A DNA stretch of 64,000 bases from positions 1-64,000 of the forward strand of contig JADJRU010000027.1 of NCBI GenBank assembly GCA_016712105.1, given 5' to 3'. The translations under genes were made by a program, and so were the position numbers. Numbering within the stretch: position 1 is the stretch's first letter; every line of letters begins with the position of its first letter. The DNA comes from Ahniella sp. GTDB lineage: Bacteria; Pseudomonadota; Gammaproteobacteria; Xanthomonadales; Ahniellaceae. Under the pieces are notes generated by a model. It did not search any database. It was not told the DNA's origin and worked only from the letters and a program-made list of their open reading frames with translations. Below, in pieces: positions 42,065-52,495 of the stretch.

Positions 42065-43579
42065 TTATTGCTGCGGCGTTTCCTGCGGCGTTTCCTCGGA
42101 CTTGGACTGCGGACCGAGCATGAAGTCCGTGGTCAATCGGAGTTGTTCGTCGCTGCAGATATTGCAGAGGCCTCGTTTCGGCATGGCGCCGACGCCTTCG
42201 ATCACCTGTCGATAGACAAGATCGCGCGATTTGGCCTGGATCGGCGCCCATTCTGCCGGCACGGAAGGGCGCGGCGCACGGTAGGCTCCCGAGTCGTGGC
42301 AGCCGGCGCAAACGAACTGATAGAGCAGGGAGGCATCAAACGCGGCGGGCTCCGTCCCGGTCGCACCCGGGGTTTTTGCCTCGCGCAAAAGTCGATACAG
42401 CTCGCCGGACTGACTCAGGATGAACACGCTGCCGTCGGACGCCACTTGGATGTCGCGAATGCGCCCATCGATTTCCCGCAGCAAGGGGTATTCGGAGCGC
42501 ACGACCGTTCCATCGAGATCGAGGTGACTGACATGACGCCCCTTCAGGGCCCCGGCCAGCAGATCTCCTTCCCATTCCGGAAACATGCTCCCCCTATAGA
42601 CCACCAGAGGCGAGATCGCTTCGGAGGGCAGGTAATAAAACAGGGGTTGTTCCATGCCCGTCCGGTGGGTTCCGTGACCAATCTTTTCGCCGGTGTAATT
42701 GAGGCCATAGGTGAGCTCCGGCCAGCCGTAGTTCCTGCCGGCCCGGATCAGGTTGATCTCGTCCCCGCCCATCGGCCCATGCTCTGCTTCGAACAGCCGC
42801 CCGGTGACCGCGTCGTGGAAAAGGCCCTGCGGATTTCGGACGCCCAGAGCATAGATCCGGTCGTCGATTTCATCATCCCCGACAAACGGGTTGTCTTCGG
42901 GCACCGAGCCGTCGTCCTTCAGCCGCAGGATCTTGCCCTCAAGACGACCGCCGTCCTGGGCGAAGTCGGCTTCGGAACGGTCGCCGATGCTGATGAAGAG
43001 GGTGTTGTCCGGCCCGAATGCCAGTGCACCGCCAAAATTCGAAGGTGACCACGAATAGGGTTCTGCGGTCAGCAGTCGCTCGCGATCGACCAGTTCATCA
43101 TCGACCAGCCGGGCGCGATCCACGGCGGTCAGGTAGTAGCGCCCGCTCTCCGGATCAGCCGCCACATAGCTGAAATAGACCCAACGATTGCTGGCGAATC
43201 CAGGATGCACCGCGACATCGAGCAGGCCCGTCTGGTCATGCGCGGTGACGACTTCGGGAACTTTGCCGATCGGTGTCAGCTTCCTTGCTGCCAGCTCGTA
43301 GCGCAGCAGCCGGCCGCCGATCTCGGTGATGAGCAGTTGGTCATCGTCGATGAAGGCCATGCCCCAGGGGTAGGTCAGGCCGTCCAGCAAGCGCTCAAGC
43401 CGCGCATCGCGAAGATTGACCGCCGCCATCGTTGGGAGTTCGCCCTGGTAGGGGATCGGCTGGACCGCGGCGTTCAGTCGCTCGCGTTCCGTTTGTTCGT
43501 TTGCCTGCGCGTGACCCGGCATCGCCAGGCACGACCACAGCAGCAAGCAGGTTAATCGCAGCAGCACATTGTCTCCCAC
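42065..43579 (-). CDS. PQQ-dependent sugar dehydrogenase (soluble aldose dehydrogenase / YliI family) fused to a C-terminal c-type cytochrome domain
   Basis: Signal peptide; beta-propeller region ..GLLDVAVHPGFASNRWVYFSY..NYGWPELTYGLNY..; C-terminal haem motif CAGCHD..MPKRG. Confidence 0.65.
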   Translation of the reverse strand: MGDNVLLRLTCLLLWSCLAMPGHAQANEQTERERLNAAVQPIPYQGELPTMAAVNLRDARLERLLDGLTYPWGMAFIDDDQLLITEIGGRLLRYELAARKLTPIGKVPEVVTAHDQTGLLDVAVHPGFASNRWVYFSYVAADPESGRYYLTAVDRARLVDDELVDRERLLTAEPYSWSPSNFGGALAFGPDNTLFISIGDRSEADFAQDGGRLEGKILRLKDDGSVPEDNPFVGDDEIDDRIYALGVRNPQGLFHDAVTGRLFEAEHGPMGGDEINLIRAGRNYGWPELTYGLNYTGEKIGHGTHRTGMEQPLFYYLPSEAISPLVVYRGSMFPEWEGDLLAGALKGRHVSHLDLDGTVVRSEYPLLREIDGRIRDIQVASDGSVFILSQSGELYRLLREAKTPGATGTEPAAFDASLLYQFVCAGCHDSGAYRAPRPSVPAEWAPIQAKSRDLVYRQVIEGVGAMPKRGLCNICSDEQLRLTTDFMLGPQSKSEETPQETPQQ

Positions 43580-43766
43580 GGCGCATCGGTGGGCGCCCTA
43601 AACAGGGTCACATAGTGATGGTGGCCGACCACTCAACGCAACGTCGACGGGTACGCGCGCCTCGGCGGGACCCTAGGTCGCGCACAATCTTTGATGCGCG
43701 ACAAGACTGTTGTCGGCGACCTTAGCCGATAGAATCGCGGTTTCCCGAACCGGAGCCGCCTCGCCC

Positions 43767-44450
43767 ATGAGTCCCGCCTTGCCTCCCGTGCTGACGATCG
43801 ATGGACCCACCGGTTCTGGCAAGGGCACCATCTCGCGAGGGGTCGCCGAACGGCTGGGCTGGCATTTCCTCGATAGCGGCGCGTTGTATCGGGCGGTAGG
43901 CCTCGCTGCGAGCCTCGAAGATCTCGCTTTCGACGATCAGGATGCGTTGGCGCGGTGTGCGCTTGAAACCGTGGTCCGGTTCGAGGATCGCCCCAATGAT
44001 GACCCGCTGGTGTTCGTGAACGGCGCGGAGGCGGGAGCCGAAATCCGCACCGAAAGTGCCGGGGCCGCCGCCTCGGCGATCGCGGCGATCCCTTCCGTGC
44101 GTGCGGCGCTGGTCGAAAAACAACGACAATTCAGGCAGTTACCCGGACTTGTTGCGGATGGACGTGACATGGGCACCGTCATCTTTCCGGATGCCGGGGT
44201 CAAGGTGTTCCTGACCGCCAGCGCCGAGGCACGGGCCGAAAGACGCTATAAGCAGTTGAAGCAGAAGGGATTCGAGGTTACACTCGCGACCCTTCTGCGC
44301 GACATTGTGGCGCGCGACGCTCGCGATACCGGGCGTGCTGTGGCTCCGCTCAGACCTGCCGACGACGCAGTGCTGATCGACACCACGGGCATGTCGATCG
44401 ACGAGGTGGTCAACAAGGTGCTCGCACTGGCTTCAGCGCGAGGCACTTGA
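43767..44450 (+). CDS. cmk: cytidylate kinase
   Basis: [38 protein letters not shown]. Confidence 0.9.
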   Translation: MSPALPPVLTIDGPTGSGKGTISRGVAERLGWHFLDSGALYRAVGLAASLEDLAFDDQDALARCALETVVRFEDRPNDDPLVFVNGAEAGAEIRTESAGAAASAIAAIPSVRAALVEKQRQFRQLPGLVADGRDMGTVIFPDAGVKVFLTASAEARAERRYKQLKQKGFEVTLATLLRDIVARDARDTGRAVAPLRPADDAVLIDTTGMSIDEVVNKVLALASARGT

Positions 44451-44628
44451 AACCCACCCGTTCGATCTTTCGATAACACGATCGCTCGATCACCCTCTCG
44501 AAGGCGCGATTGGAAGGACCGCTTTATAAGGTCCCCGGGCCATATGGCTTCGGGGGTTTTCAACTGTGCGTCATGAGACGCACGGAACCCGGTTCACCTC
44601 TGGGTGGACCAATGCAACTGGAAGACAC

Positions 44629-46296
44629 ATGACAGAAAGTTTTGCTGAAATGTTCGAGCGGAGCGAGCAAACGCTCGCCAAATTGAAGCCTGGCAGCATC
44701 GTCACCGGTGTGGTCGTGTCGGTACGCGACGACGTTGTGGTGATCAATGCAGGCCTCAAGTCCGAGGGCATCGTTCCGATCGAGCAATTCAAGAACGAGC
44801 GCGGCGAAATCGACGTTCAGGTCGGTCAGGGAAGTGAAGGTCGCCCTCGACTCCCTGGAAAACGGCTTCGGCGAAACCGTGCTGTCGCGCGAGAAAGCCA
44901 AGCGCGCCATGGTGTGGGACGAGCTGGAAGAAGCCCTGGAAGCCAACGCCACCATCACCGGCCGCATCAGCGGCAAGGTCAAGGGCGGCTTCACCGTCGA
45001 CATCAAGGACGTCCGCGCGTTCCTGCCGGGTTCGCTGGTCGATGTGCGCCCGGTGCGCGACACCAGCTACCTCGAAGGCAAGGAACTCGAGTTCAAGCTC
45101 ATCAAGCTCGATCGCAAGCGCAACAACGTCGTGGTCTCCCGCCGCGCGGTGGTCGAGAGCGAGTTCAGCGCCGAGCGCGAACAGCTGGCTGAGCGCCTCC
45201 TCGAAGGCGCGATCGTCAAGGGTGTCGTCAAGAACCTCACCGATTACGGCGCGTTCGTCGACCTCGGCGGCATCGACGGCCTGCTGCACATCACCGACAT
45301 GGCGTGGAAGCGCGTGCGTCATCCGTCCGAAGTGGTCGAAGTCGGCCAGGAAATGGACGTCCGCGTGCTCAAGTACGACCGCGAGCGCAACCGCGTGTCG
45401 CTCGGCCTGAAGCAGATGGGCGAAGATCCGTGGGTGAACATCGCCCGCCGTTACCAGATGGGCGGTCGTTTCTTCGGCAAGGTCTCGAACGTCACCGATT
45501 ACGGTTGCTTCGTCGAACTCGAGCCGGGCGTCGAAGGTCTGGTGCACGTCTCCGAAATGGACTGGACCAACAAGAACGTCAACCCGGGCAAGCTGGTCCA
45601 GGTCGGCGACGAGTCCGAAGTGATGGTGCTGGACGTGGACGAAGAGCGTCGCCGCATCTCGCTGGGCATGAAGCAGGTTGCCGCCAATCCGTGGGAAACC
45701 TTCGCCGCCATCCACAAGAAGGGCGACAAGGTGTCCGGCCAGATCAAGTCGATCACCGACTTCGGCATCTTCATCGGCCTGGAAGGCGGCATCGACGGCC
45801 TCGTGCACCTGTCGGACATCTCGTGGGCGACCGCCGGCGAAGACCTCGTGCGCAACTTCAAGAAGGGCGAAAACCTGGAAGCAGTCGTGCTCGCCGTCGA
45901 TCCGGAGCGCGAGCGCATTTCGCTCGGCATCAAGCAGCTGGAGCAGGATCCGTTCGCCACGTACATGGCCAGCAATCCGCGCGGCAGCGTCGTTCGCGGT
46001 ACGGTCCGTGAAGTCGACAGCCGTGGCGCCACGATCACGCTCGGCGACGGCATCGAGGGTTACCTGCGTGCGAATGACATCGCCAAGGAACGCGTTGATG
46101 ACGCCACCACGCGCATGAAGGTGGGTGACGAAGTCGAAGCCAAGTTCATCGGCATGGACCGCAAGGGCCGTACGCTGCAACTCTCGATTCGCGCCAAGGA
46201 CGAGCAGGAACTGGCCGACACGCTGGCCGAGTACCAGGCGCAAGCGGCGGCACCACGAAGCTCGGCGCACTGCTGAAAGAACAGTTCAACAAGTAA
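44629..46296 (+). CDS. rpsA: 30S ribosomal protein S1; two apparent compensating frameshifts (about 44810 and about 46250)
   Basis: [54 protein letters not shown]; six S1 repeats in ORF 44747..46276; terminal ..[13 protein letters not shown] in the original frame. Confidence 0.9.
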
Positions 46297-46475
46297 TCTG
46301 TTGAATCGGACTCATCCTCCAGAGGATGAGTCCAAGACCTGCGGCGGCAATCAAATTGCCGCCGCAAGTGTCTGAAAATACTGGTATTTGCCTTTGGATT
46401 CTGCGAATATCGGGCGCTCAGGGGCCAGAAATTTCGAGATAGGCCCTCCCCGAGCGGATGACGGATTCAACGGAC

Positions 46476-46813
46476 ATGACCAAATCGGAGCTGATCGAAG
46501 CCCTGTCCCGGCGCCAGACACATCTGGCATTCCATGACGTGGAGTTTGCCGTCAAGGAAATTCTGGAACAGGTGGCGAATGCCCTGGCTGCTGGCGATCG
46601 CGTCGAAATTCGTGGATTTGGCAGTTTTTCCTTGCATTTCGGCCCCCGCGCATGGGCCGTAATCCGAAAACCGGAGACTCCGTGTCGTTGCCCGGCAAGT
46701 ATGTGCCGTACTTCAAGCCCGGCAAGGAACTGCGTGATCGGGTCAACGAGAGTGCTGCGCCGATCACGCCCGAGGGCGCTGATGACGGCGATGATTTTGA
46801 TCAAGACGACTGA
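46476..46813 (+). CDS. ihfB: integration host factor beta subunit; one apparent frameshift about 46640-46660
   Basis: [58 protein letters not shown]; the C-terminus continues in a shifted frame (..[23 protein letters not shown]..). Confidence 0.85.
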
Positions 46814-46822
46814 CCGCCGGCC

Positions 46823-47137
46823 ATGAAGCGCTGGCTGCTCCTGGTCCTGATGCTGTCGATGGCAGCTGTTGCTGCTGCATTTTCCCTGGTCAATCGTGAT
46901 GCCGTCGCGCTGGACCTGTTGTTTGCCCGGTTGCAGTTTCCGCTGGGTGTGCTGGTGATCGCCGCGGTGTTCCTGGGCGCGGCCCTGGCGGGACTCGTGC
47001 TCTTCAGCACGGTCATTCTGGGCCAGAATCTGAAACTGCGAACGATCAGGCGTGAACTCGACAAGTTGAAGAGCGCTCAGGCGCAAACGCGTGCCGCAGC
47101 GGTCGAGCCGATCGCCCCCAACCCGCCCGTGGTGTGA
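46823..47137 (+). CDS. lapA: lipopolysaccharide assembly protein A (LapA/YciS, DUF1049)
   Basis: Two-TM 104-aa protein immediately upstream of lapB in the conserved ihfB-lapA-lapB order. Confidence 0.7.
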   Translation: MKRWLLLVLMLSMAAVAAAFSLVNRDAVALDLLFARLQFPLGVLVIAAVFLGAALAGLVLFSTVILGQNLKLRTIRRELDKLKSAQAQTRAAAVEPIAPNPPVV

Positions 47138-48315
47138 TGAATTTCCCGGTCGAACTGATCGCCCTGCTGCTCATCCTGATCGCGTTTTTTGCCGGTTTTG
47201 TCCTGGCTCGACGCGGCGCCGAGCGCAGTCGGGGCGCACAAGTCGACAAGCTCCGTCGTTCCTACTTCCGCGGCCTCAATTACCTGCTGAACGAGCAACC
47301 CGACAAGGCGATCGAGGTGTTCCTGCAGATTGCCGAAGTCGACAAACACACCATTGAAACGCATCTGGCGCTCGGCAATCTGTTTCGTCGGCGTGGCGAG
47401 ACTGACCGCGCCATCCGGGTGCACCAGAATCTGATTGCCCGGCCCAACCTGACCAGCGAACAGAAGTCACTGGCCTTGCTTGAACTCGGCGAGGACTACA
47501 TGCGTGCCGGCCTGCTGGATCGCGCCGAGACCCTGTTCACCGACCTGGTGTCGATCGACACCCATGCCGCGACCGCCTTGCGCCAATTGATCAGCGTCTG
47601 CCAGCAGGAACGCGACTGGACTCGGGGTATCGAGTTTGCGCGCCGGCTCGAAAAGACCGCAGGTGAGCCGCAGTCGGAATTGATCGCGCAGTTCTTGTGC
47701 GAGCTCTCCGATGGCAAGGAACGTGCCGGCAAGCTGGACGAAGCCCGGCGCCTGCTCGCCGAGGCACGTATGGTGGCACCCGGCGCTGTCCGGGGTTATG
47801 CGCAGGAGAGCAAACTTGCGTACGCACGCCAGGACGATCCGATCTGCATTGAGTTCGGTGCTCGGGCACTGGAGCTGGATGCCGAACTGACCCCCGAACT
47901 GATGCCTTTGATCGTCGAGGCCTTTGATCGCAGCGGCCAGTCCGAACGTGCCGAAGCGTTTCTGGAAAACGCGATGTTGCGGTATCCGGGCGTGTCGCCG
48001 GTGCTTGCGAAGAGCCGCCGGATTGCCGAGCGCGAGGGCGACGAAGCCGCCATTCGTTTTCTGTCCGAGCGACTCAAGTCGCGGCCGTCTGTCCGTGGCC
48101 TGGCCGCTCTGGTCGACCTGCAGATCAAGACGAGTGATGGCGCTGCCCGTGATCAGCTCAACAGCCTGCGCGAGTTGCTGACGCGGTTGATCCGCGCCCA
48201 GTCGGCGTATCGATGCAGCAAGTGCGGTTTTGGCGCCAAACAGCAGCATTGGCAGTGTCCCGGCTGCAAATCCTGGGCAACGGTGCGCCCGGTACACGGT
48301 GTGGCCGGTGACTGA
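47134..48315 (+). CDS. lapB: lipopolysaccharide assembly protein B (LapB/YciM; TPR repeats plus C-terminal rubredoxin-like Cys4)
   Basis: N-terminal TM; TPR repeats; C-terminal YRCSKCGFGAKQQHWQCPGCKSW. Confidence 0.85.
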   Translation: MMNFPVELIALLLILIAFFAGFVLARRGAERSRGAQVDKLRRSYFRGLNYLLNEQPDKAIEVFLQIAEVDKHTIETHLALGNLFRRRGETDRAIRVHQNLIARPNLTSEQKSLALLELGEDYMRAGLLDRAETLFTDLVSIDTHAATALRQLISVCQQERDWTRGIEFARRLEKTAGEPQSELIAQFLCELSDGKERAGKLDEARRLLAEARMVAPGAVRGYAQESKLAYARQDDPICIEFGARALELDAELTPELMPLIVEAFDRSGQSERAEAFLENAMLRYPGVSPVLAKSRRIAEREGDEAAIRFLSERLKSRPSVRGLAALVDLQIKTSDGAARDQLNSLRELLTRLIRAQSAYRCSKCGFGAKQQHWQCPGCKSWATVRPVHGVAGD

Positions 48316-49330
48316 TCCGCTGACGCGCCTGTTTGTGCTGTCGATGGTCGGAGCGTTGGCAACTGTTCTGGGTGCCTGGTGGGTCATCCGTCGCGCAGAA
48401 GGCCTTGGATTGATCGATCTTCCAGGCCAACGGCGGATGCACCAGGTGCCGACGCCGCGAGGCGGGGGCATCGGCATGGTCGCTGCACTGGTGTTGATCC
48501 TTGGTTTGTCGGTCCCCGGGATGTTGCTGCCAGCGACTTTGACATCGGTGTTGGCCGCCTTGATGACGTTCCTCGCCACGGTCGGTTTCTGGGACGATCG
48601 CCGCGGACTGCCGGTGCTGCCTCGTCTGGCCGCACATCTTGGTTGCTCGATGGTCATGGCGGGGGCGTTGTTCGTCTGGGTGCCCGGTGTGCCTCTGTGG
48701 AGTCTCGCAGTGGTGCCGATTCTGTTCGCTGCGTCGATCAATCTGGCGAACTTTCTGGATGGCTTGAACGGTATCCTCAGTATTCAGTTCACCTTCGTGA
48801 TGCTGGCGCTGGTCTTGCTCTTGCCCGCACAATCCAGCCTCTTGCCGATCGCGCTTGCTGCCGGCATCGCAGTCCTGGTTTTCCTGCCCTTCAACTTTCC
48901 CGTCGCGCGTTGTTTCATGGGCGATGCGGCCAGCGGCACGCTTGGATTCTTTCTGGCTGTTGTGCTCGTGCTTGCGGTGCTGAGGGGAGATCTATCGGTG
49001 CCGGCAGCAATCATGTTGCCTTCGGCCTTGTTGTTGGACACCACCCTGACGCTCCTGAGCCGCATCGTGCGCGGCAAGAAGTTCTGGCGGGCGCATCGGG
49101 AACACCTGTATCAGTGGTGGGCCCGCAGTGGCCGCTCCGTGTGGTTCGTCAATGGTGCGTTCCTGTGCTGGAACGTTTTCAGCGCCGTACTGGCCTGGTG
49201 GTTCATTGACCATGAACTTCAACTGGCCCGGCAGTGGCTGGTGATGGCGGTGTTTCTGCTGATCGGCAGCCTGCTCTGGTGGAACATTCGGCACTGGATC
49301 CTTCGACAATTGCGCGAGCGGCCATATTGA
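48308..49330 (+). CDS. MraY/WecA-family polyprenyl-phosphate N-acetylhexosamine-1-phosphate transferase (GT4-type)
   Basis: Multi-TM; motifs ..GFWDDRRGL.. and ..NLANFLDGLNG..; GTG start overlaps the lapB stop. Confidence 0.7.
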   Translation: MTDPLTRLFVLSMVGALATVLGAWWVIRRAEGLGLIDLPGQRRMHQVPTPRGGGIGMVAALVLILGLSVPGMLLPATLTSVLAALMTFLATVGFWDDRRGLPVLPRLAAHLGCSMVMAGALFVWVPGVPLWSLAVVPILFAASINLANFLDGLNGILSIQFTFVMLALVLLLPAQSSLLPIALAAGIAVLVFLPFNFPVARCFMGDAASGTLGFFLAVVLVLAVLRGDLSVPAAIMLPSALLLDTTLTLLSRIVRGKKFWRAHREHLYQWWARSGRSVWFVNGAFLCWNVFSAVLAWWFIDHELQLARQWLVMAVFLLIGSLLWWNIRHWILRQLRERPY

Positions 49331-49344
49331 GTGTTGGTGCGGCC

Positions 49345-49600
49345 ATGGTTCCGTGGGCGTTTCCGACCAGTGCCGGTTTTACGATGCGAGGCGAATACAG
49401 CGTATCGTCGGGCAAACCGAGCTGCATTTCCTCCATGGCAACGGCTGTTGCAGCCGAACGTATTGGCCGTTGTCGCGACGACCGACAACAGGTTTCGACT
49501 TATTGTTGAATCATGAGCAGGGCCACGGCAATTCTGATCACGCGGGCCGTGTCCATGGTTGGAGTCGTTCAGATGAGGTTGCACCCCCGGCGATCGTGGC
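49345..49600 (+). pseudogene. truncated, frameshifted remnant of an alpha/beta-hydrolase N-terminus (paralogue of the gene at 51259)
   Basis: MVPWAFPTSAGFTMRGEYSVSSGKP..HFLHGNGCCSRTYWPL..GHGNSDHAGRVHGWSRS versus MVPWSHPTSAGFTIHGEHSVPSGKPVLHFLHGNGYCGRTYWPI..GHGDSDHGGRFHGWNRS. Confidence 0.7.
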
Positions 49601-50141
49601 GCCTGGTCTCAGGCTCGAGCCAGTGGTGCATTCTGCCGGCGCGCACAGTTCTGCCAGTGTGCCCATTTCACGCAGTCAATGATGTTCGGCTCTTGAGGGC
49701 AAGGAATCCCTGCATCACTCGGAACCACTGACCTATTCAGAGACCCTCGGGGCATCGAACTCAAGTGCATTCCGAGCAGCCACGCTGATGTCTTTTCCCG
49801 TCGATCGAGACGCCCGTGGTCATCGATCGCTCAGCGGGGGAGCTGCCGTCAGGCAACACACCATTTCCACTGGTTGCCCGCGAGAAAGAACTCGAATCAT
49901 TATTGTTTACCAGAAATGCCTTGAAGGGCGCTGATTCACGCAGCGCGGTCCCGACGCCACGGACGCCAGCATTCGGGCATATTGGCTATAATGACGCCCA
50001 ATATACGCGTAAGGCCAACAATGCATCCTGCGCGCAAACTCAAGTTGCATTGGGGCGCGAATGCTCAAAATTGATCAGCGCGCCTTGCGTCACGTAGCTC
50101 TGTCTGCTCCACAAGACAACCCAAACACATCGAGAAACGCA

Positions 50142-50735
50142 ATGAAGAATGGAAATGGAATCAGGTTTGCCTGGCGTATGCTGTTCACTGGTCTGGCGAT
50201 GTGGTGCCAGACAGCAGCTGCTGACCTCACTTTCCAAGCCTTCAACAATGGTGGCGGCACGACACGATTGGACGTGGTAGCTGCATCGGGCGTCGCGGTT
50301 GACTCGTCAAACAATGCGTACTTTTACGGTTTTGGAAGCGTCGTGCCTTGGGACGCTCAGTTAGATGTCATGGCAAGCTCGGTCTCCGGGACGATTGGCG
50401 GTAGCACACTCGCGCCAAACCAGTTTCTGATCCGCGGTAGTGGATTCGATGGCATCCAAACCGGATTTCAAATCGCGCTGGCTGCCGACGCTGGCTCGCT
50501 TTCGGGCAGTAACGCGTCCATCGTGTTTCCAATTGACCCTGCCAATTTCTCTGTCCCGTACACTCTTAATGTCGCTTTTGGCGCGGGAAGCCTGGGTGTC
50601 ATCACCATTCTGCCGGTCGATCCCAACGTTCCAGTTCCAGGCGCCGTCGCCACACCGGTACCTTTGGGGGGTGCCACTTTGTTGATAGCGCTATTTGCTT
50701 TGTCCGGACTCATCTTCATCCGCAAGCTTTCGTAA
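50142..50735 (+). CDS. secreted protein with a C-terminal sorting-signal-like tail (PEP-CTERM / GlyGly-CTERM-like)
   Basis: Signal peptide MKNGNGIRFAWRMLFTGLAMWCQTAAA; C-terminus ..TPVPLGGATLLIALFALSGLIFIRKLS (Pro/Gly motif, hydrophobic helix, basic tail). Confidence 0.55.
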   Translation: MKNGNGIRFAWRMLFTGLAMWCQTAAADLTFQAFNNGGGTTRLDVVAASGVAVDSSNNAYFYGFGSVVPWDAQLDVMASSVSGTIGGSTLAPNQFLIRGSGFDGIQTGFQIALAADAGSLSGSNASIVFPIDPANFSVPYTLNVAFGAGSLGVITILPVDPNVPVPGAVATPVPLGGATLLIALFALSGLIFIRKLS

Positions 50736-50774
50736 GGCGGTCGTGGCGGACAAGAAAGCCCGGCGATTGCCGAG

Positions 50775-51240
50775 TTGGCTTTCTTGCCGTTCAATTTTCC
50801 GGCAGCGCGTTGTTTCATGGGCGATGCAGCCAGCGGCACACCAGGATTTCTTCTGGCGGCCTTGCTGGTGTTGGCGGTACTGAAAGCTGAGTTGTCCGTT
50901 TCCGTGGCGTTCGCTTTGCCTTCAGCGTTACGGCTGGATACGACTCTGACGCTCTTGACTCGTATGGTGCGCGGCAAGAACTTCTGGCGAGCGCATCGGG
51001 AACATCTCTATCAATGGTGGACACGCAGTGGTTGCTCGGTCCCGTTCGTCAATGGTGTTTTCTTGTGCTTGAACGCGTGCAGTGCAGTACTCGCCTGGTG
51101 GCTGGTGGACCAAAACCTGAGCATCACCAGGCAGTGCCTGGCGATTGCGGTCTTTCTGCAGATTCGCAGCTTTTTTTGCTGGAACCTGCGGCATTGGATC
51201 CTGCGCCAACTGCGGGAACGCCCGTATCGAGATTCCGGTG
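50775..51240 (+). pseudogene. 3' fragment of a second wecA-like gene copy (diverged duplicate of 48880-49330)
   Basis: LPFNFPAARCFMGDAASGT..RGKNFWRAHREHLYQWWTRSG..WNLRHWILRQLRERPY, about 80% identical at the DNA level to the wecA-like C-terminus; no 5' part. Confidence 0.7.
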
Positions 51241-51258
51241 AAAGCGACTGGCGACATC

Positions 51259-52127
51259 ATGGTTCCCTGGTCCCATCCGACCAGCGCCGGATTCACGATA
51301 CACGGCGAACATAGTGTGCCGTCCGGAAAGCCGGTGCTGCATTTCCTCCATGGCAACGGCTATTGCGGCCGAACGTATTGGCCCATCTTGCGCCGACTGA
51401 CGGCTGACTTCGATGTCGTGATCAGCGACGCACAGGGCCATGGTGATTCCGACCATGGTGGTCGCTTCCACGGATGGAACCGCTCCGCCGAACTCGCCCT
51501 CGAAGCGTTCGAAGCCCTGGCACCCAAATTCGGCACGGTGCCGCGGTTTGCCGTCGGGCACAGTTTCGGCGGTGTGCTCACCGCGCTGATGCTGGCGCAG
51601 GCACCCGAGCGCTTCACGCGCGCCGTGCTGCTCGATCCTGTGCTGTTTCCACCCATCATGATCGGCGTCATGGCCTTGTCGGATGTAGTCGGCCTCGGTC
51701 GTCGCAACAGCCTTGCGACCAAAGCCCGCAAACGCCGAAGACACTGGCCCGATCGAGCGGAAGCGCGGAGTTACCTCTATCAGCGCGGCATGTTCAAAGG
51801 CTGGTCCGACGAATCCCTCGACGCTTATGTGACCTACGCGCTGAAGGACAGCCCCGATGGGGTGTCGAGCTCAAGTGTCGGCCCAGTCGCGAAGCCGATG
51901 TCTTCGGTTCGTACCCGCGACGACTCTGGTCGTCGATCGCGCGGATTCGTACGCCGGTGAAGGTCGAGTTCGGCGACACCACGTATCCTTTCATCACCCG
52001 CTCGGTGGTTCGCTGGCAGAAGCTCAATCCCCAACTTGTTGCTGAACAAGTGAGGGGAGGGCATTGCTTCATGCAGCAGGATCCTGAAGTCACAGCAGAT
52101 CGAGTTCGGACATTTCTGCTTGGGTAA
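51259..52127 (+). CDS. alpha/beta-fold hydrolase; one apparent frameshift about 51850-51870
   Basis: VLHFLHGNGYCGRTYWP..QGHGDSDHGG..FAVGHSFGGVLTALMLA (GxSxG); the C-terminus continues in ORF 51474..52127 (..EFGDTTYPFITRSVVRWQKLNPQLVAEQVRGGHCFMQQDP). Confidence 0.75.
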
Positions 52128-52384
52128 AGTGTTCAAGCGTGTCGCCGGGGCGGGCGTCTACTCGGAACTCGAGGCTCCTCGCTATTGAGCTTGAATGGCG
52201 CATCGGATTCGCAATCGGCCGTGCAAAAAATCGGCGCCATTCTTCTCCCGCTTGCGGGAGAAGATGCCGACAGGCAGATGAGGGGAATCTGGCGACGGCC
52301 TATCCTTCACGCCAATCGTTCTCATCAGGTCCTGCCGACCGCCTCGAACCGCGGGGCAGATAGGTCAGCGTCCGTTGGTGCCTG

Positions 52385-52495
52385 TGCAGGCGAGTATTTG
52401 CAGAATACAAATGTATATGCAGAGTAAAAATCACTTGCAGAATAATCACATCCGTGCAAAATGACAGCTGATAACGCCCAGAGCGAGGCACATCA
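52385..52495 (+). promoter_or_regulatory. AT-rich putative promoter/operator with direct repeats upstream of the two-gene NTase module
   Basis: ..atttgcagaatacaaatgtatatgcagagtaaaaatcacttgcagaataatcacatccgtgcaaaatgacag..: TTGCAGAATA x2 plus ATGCAGAGTA variant; strongly AT-rich relative to the genome. Confidence 0.4.
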
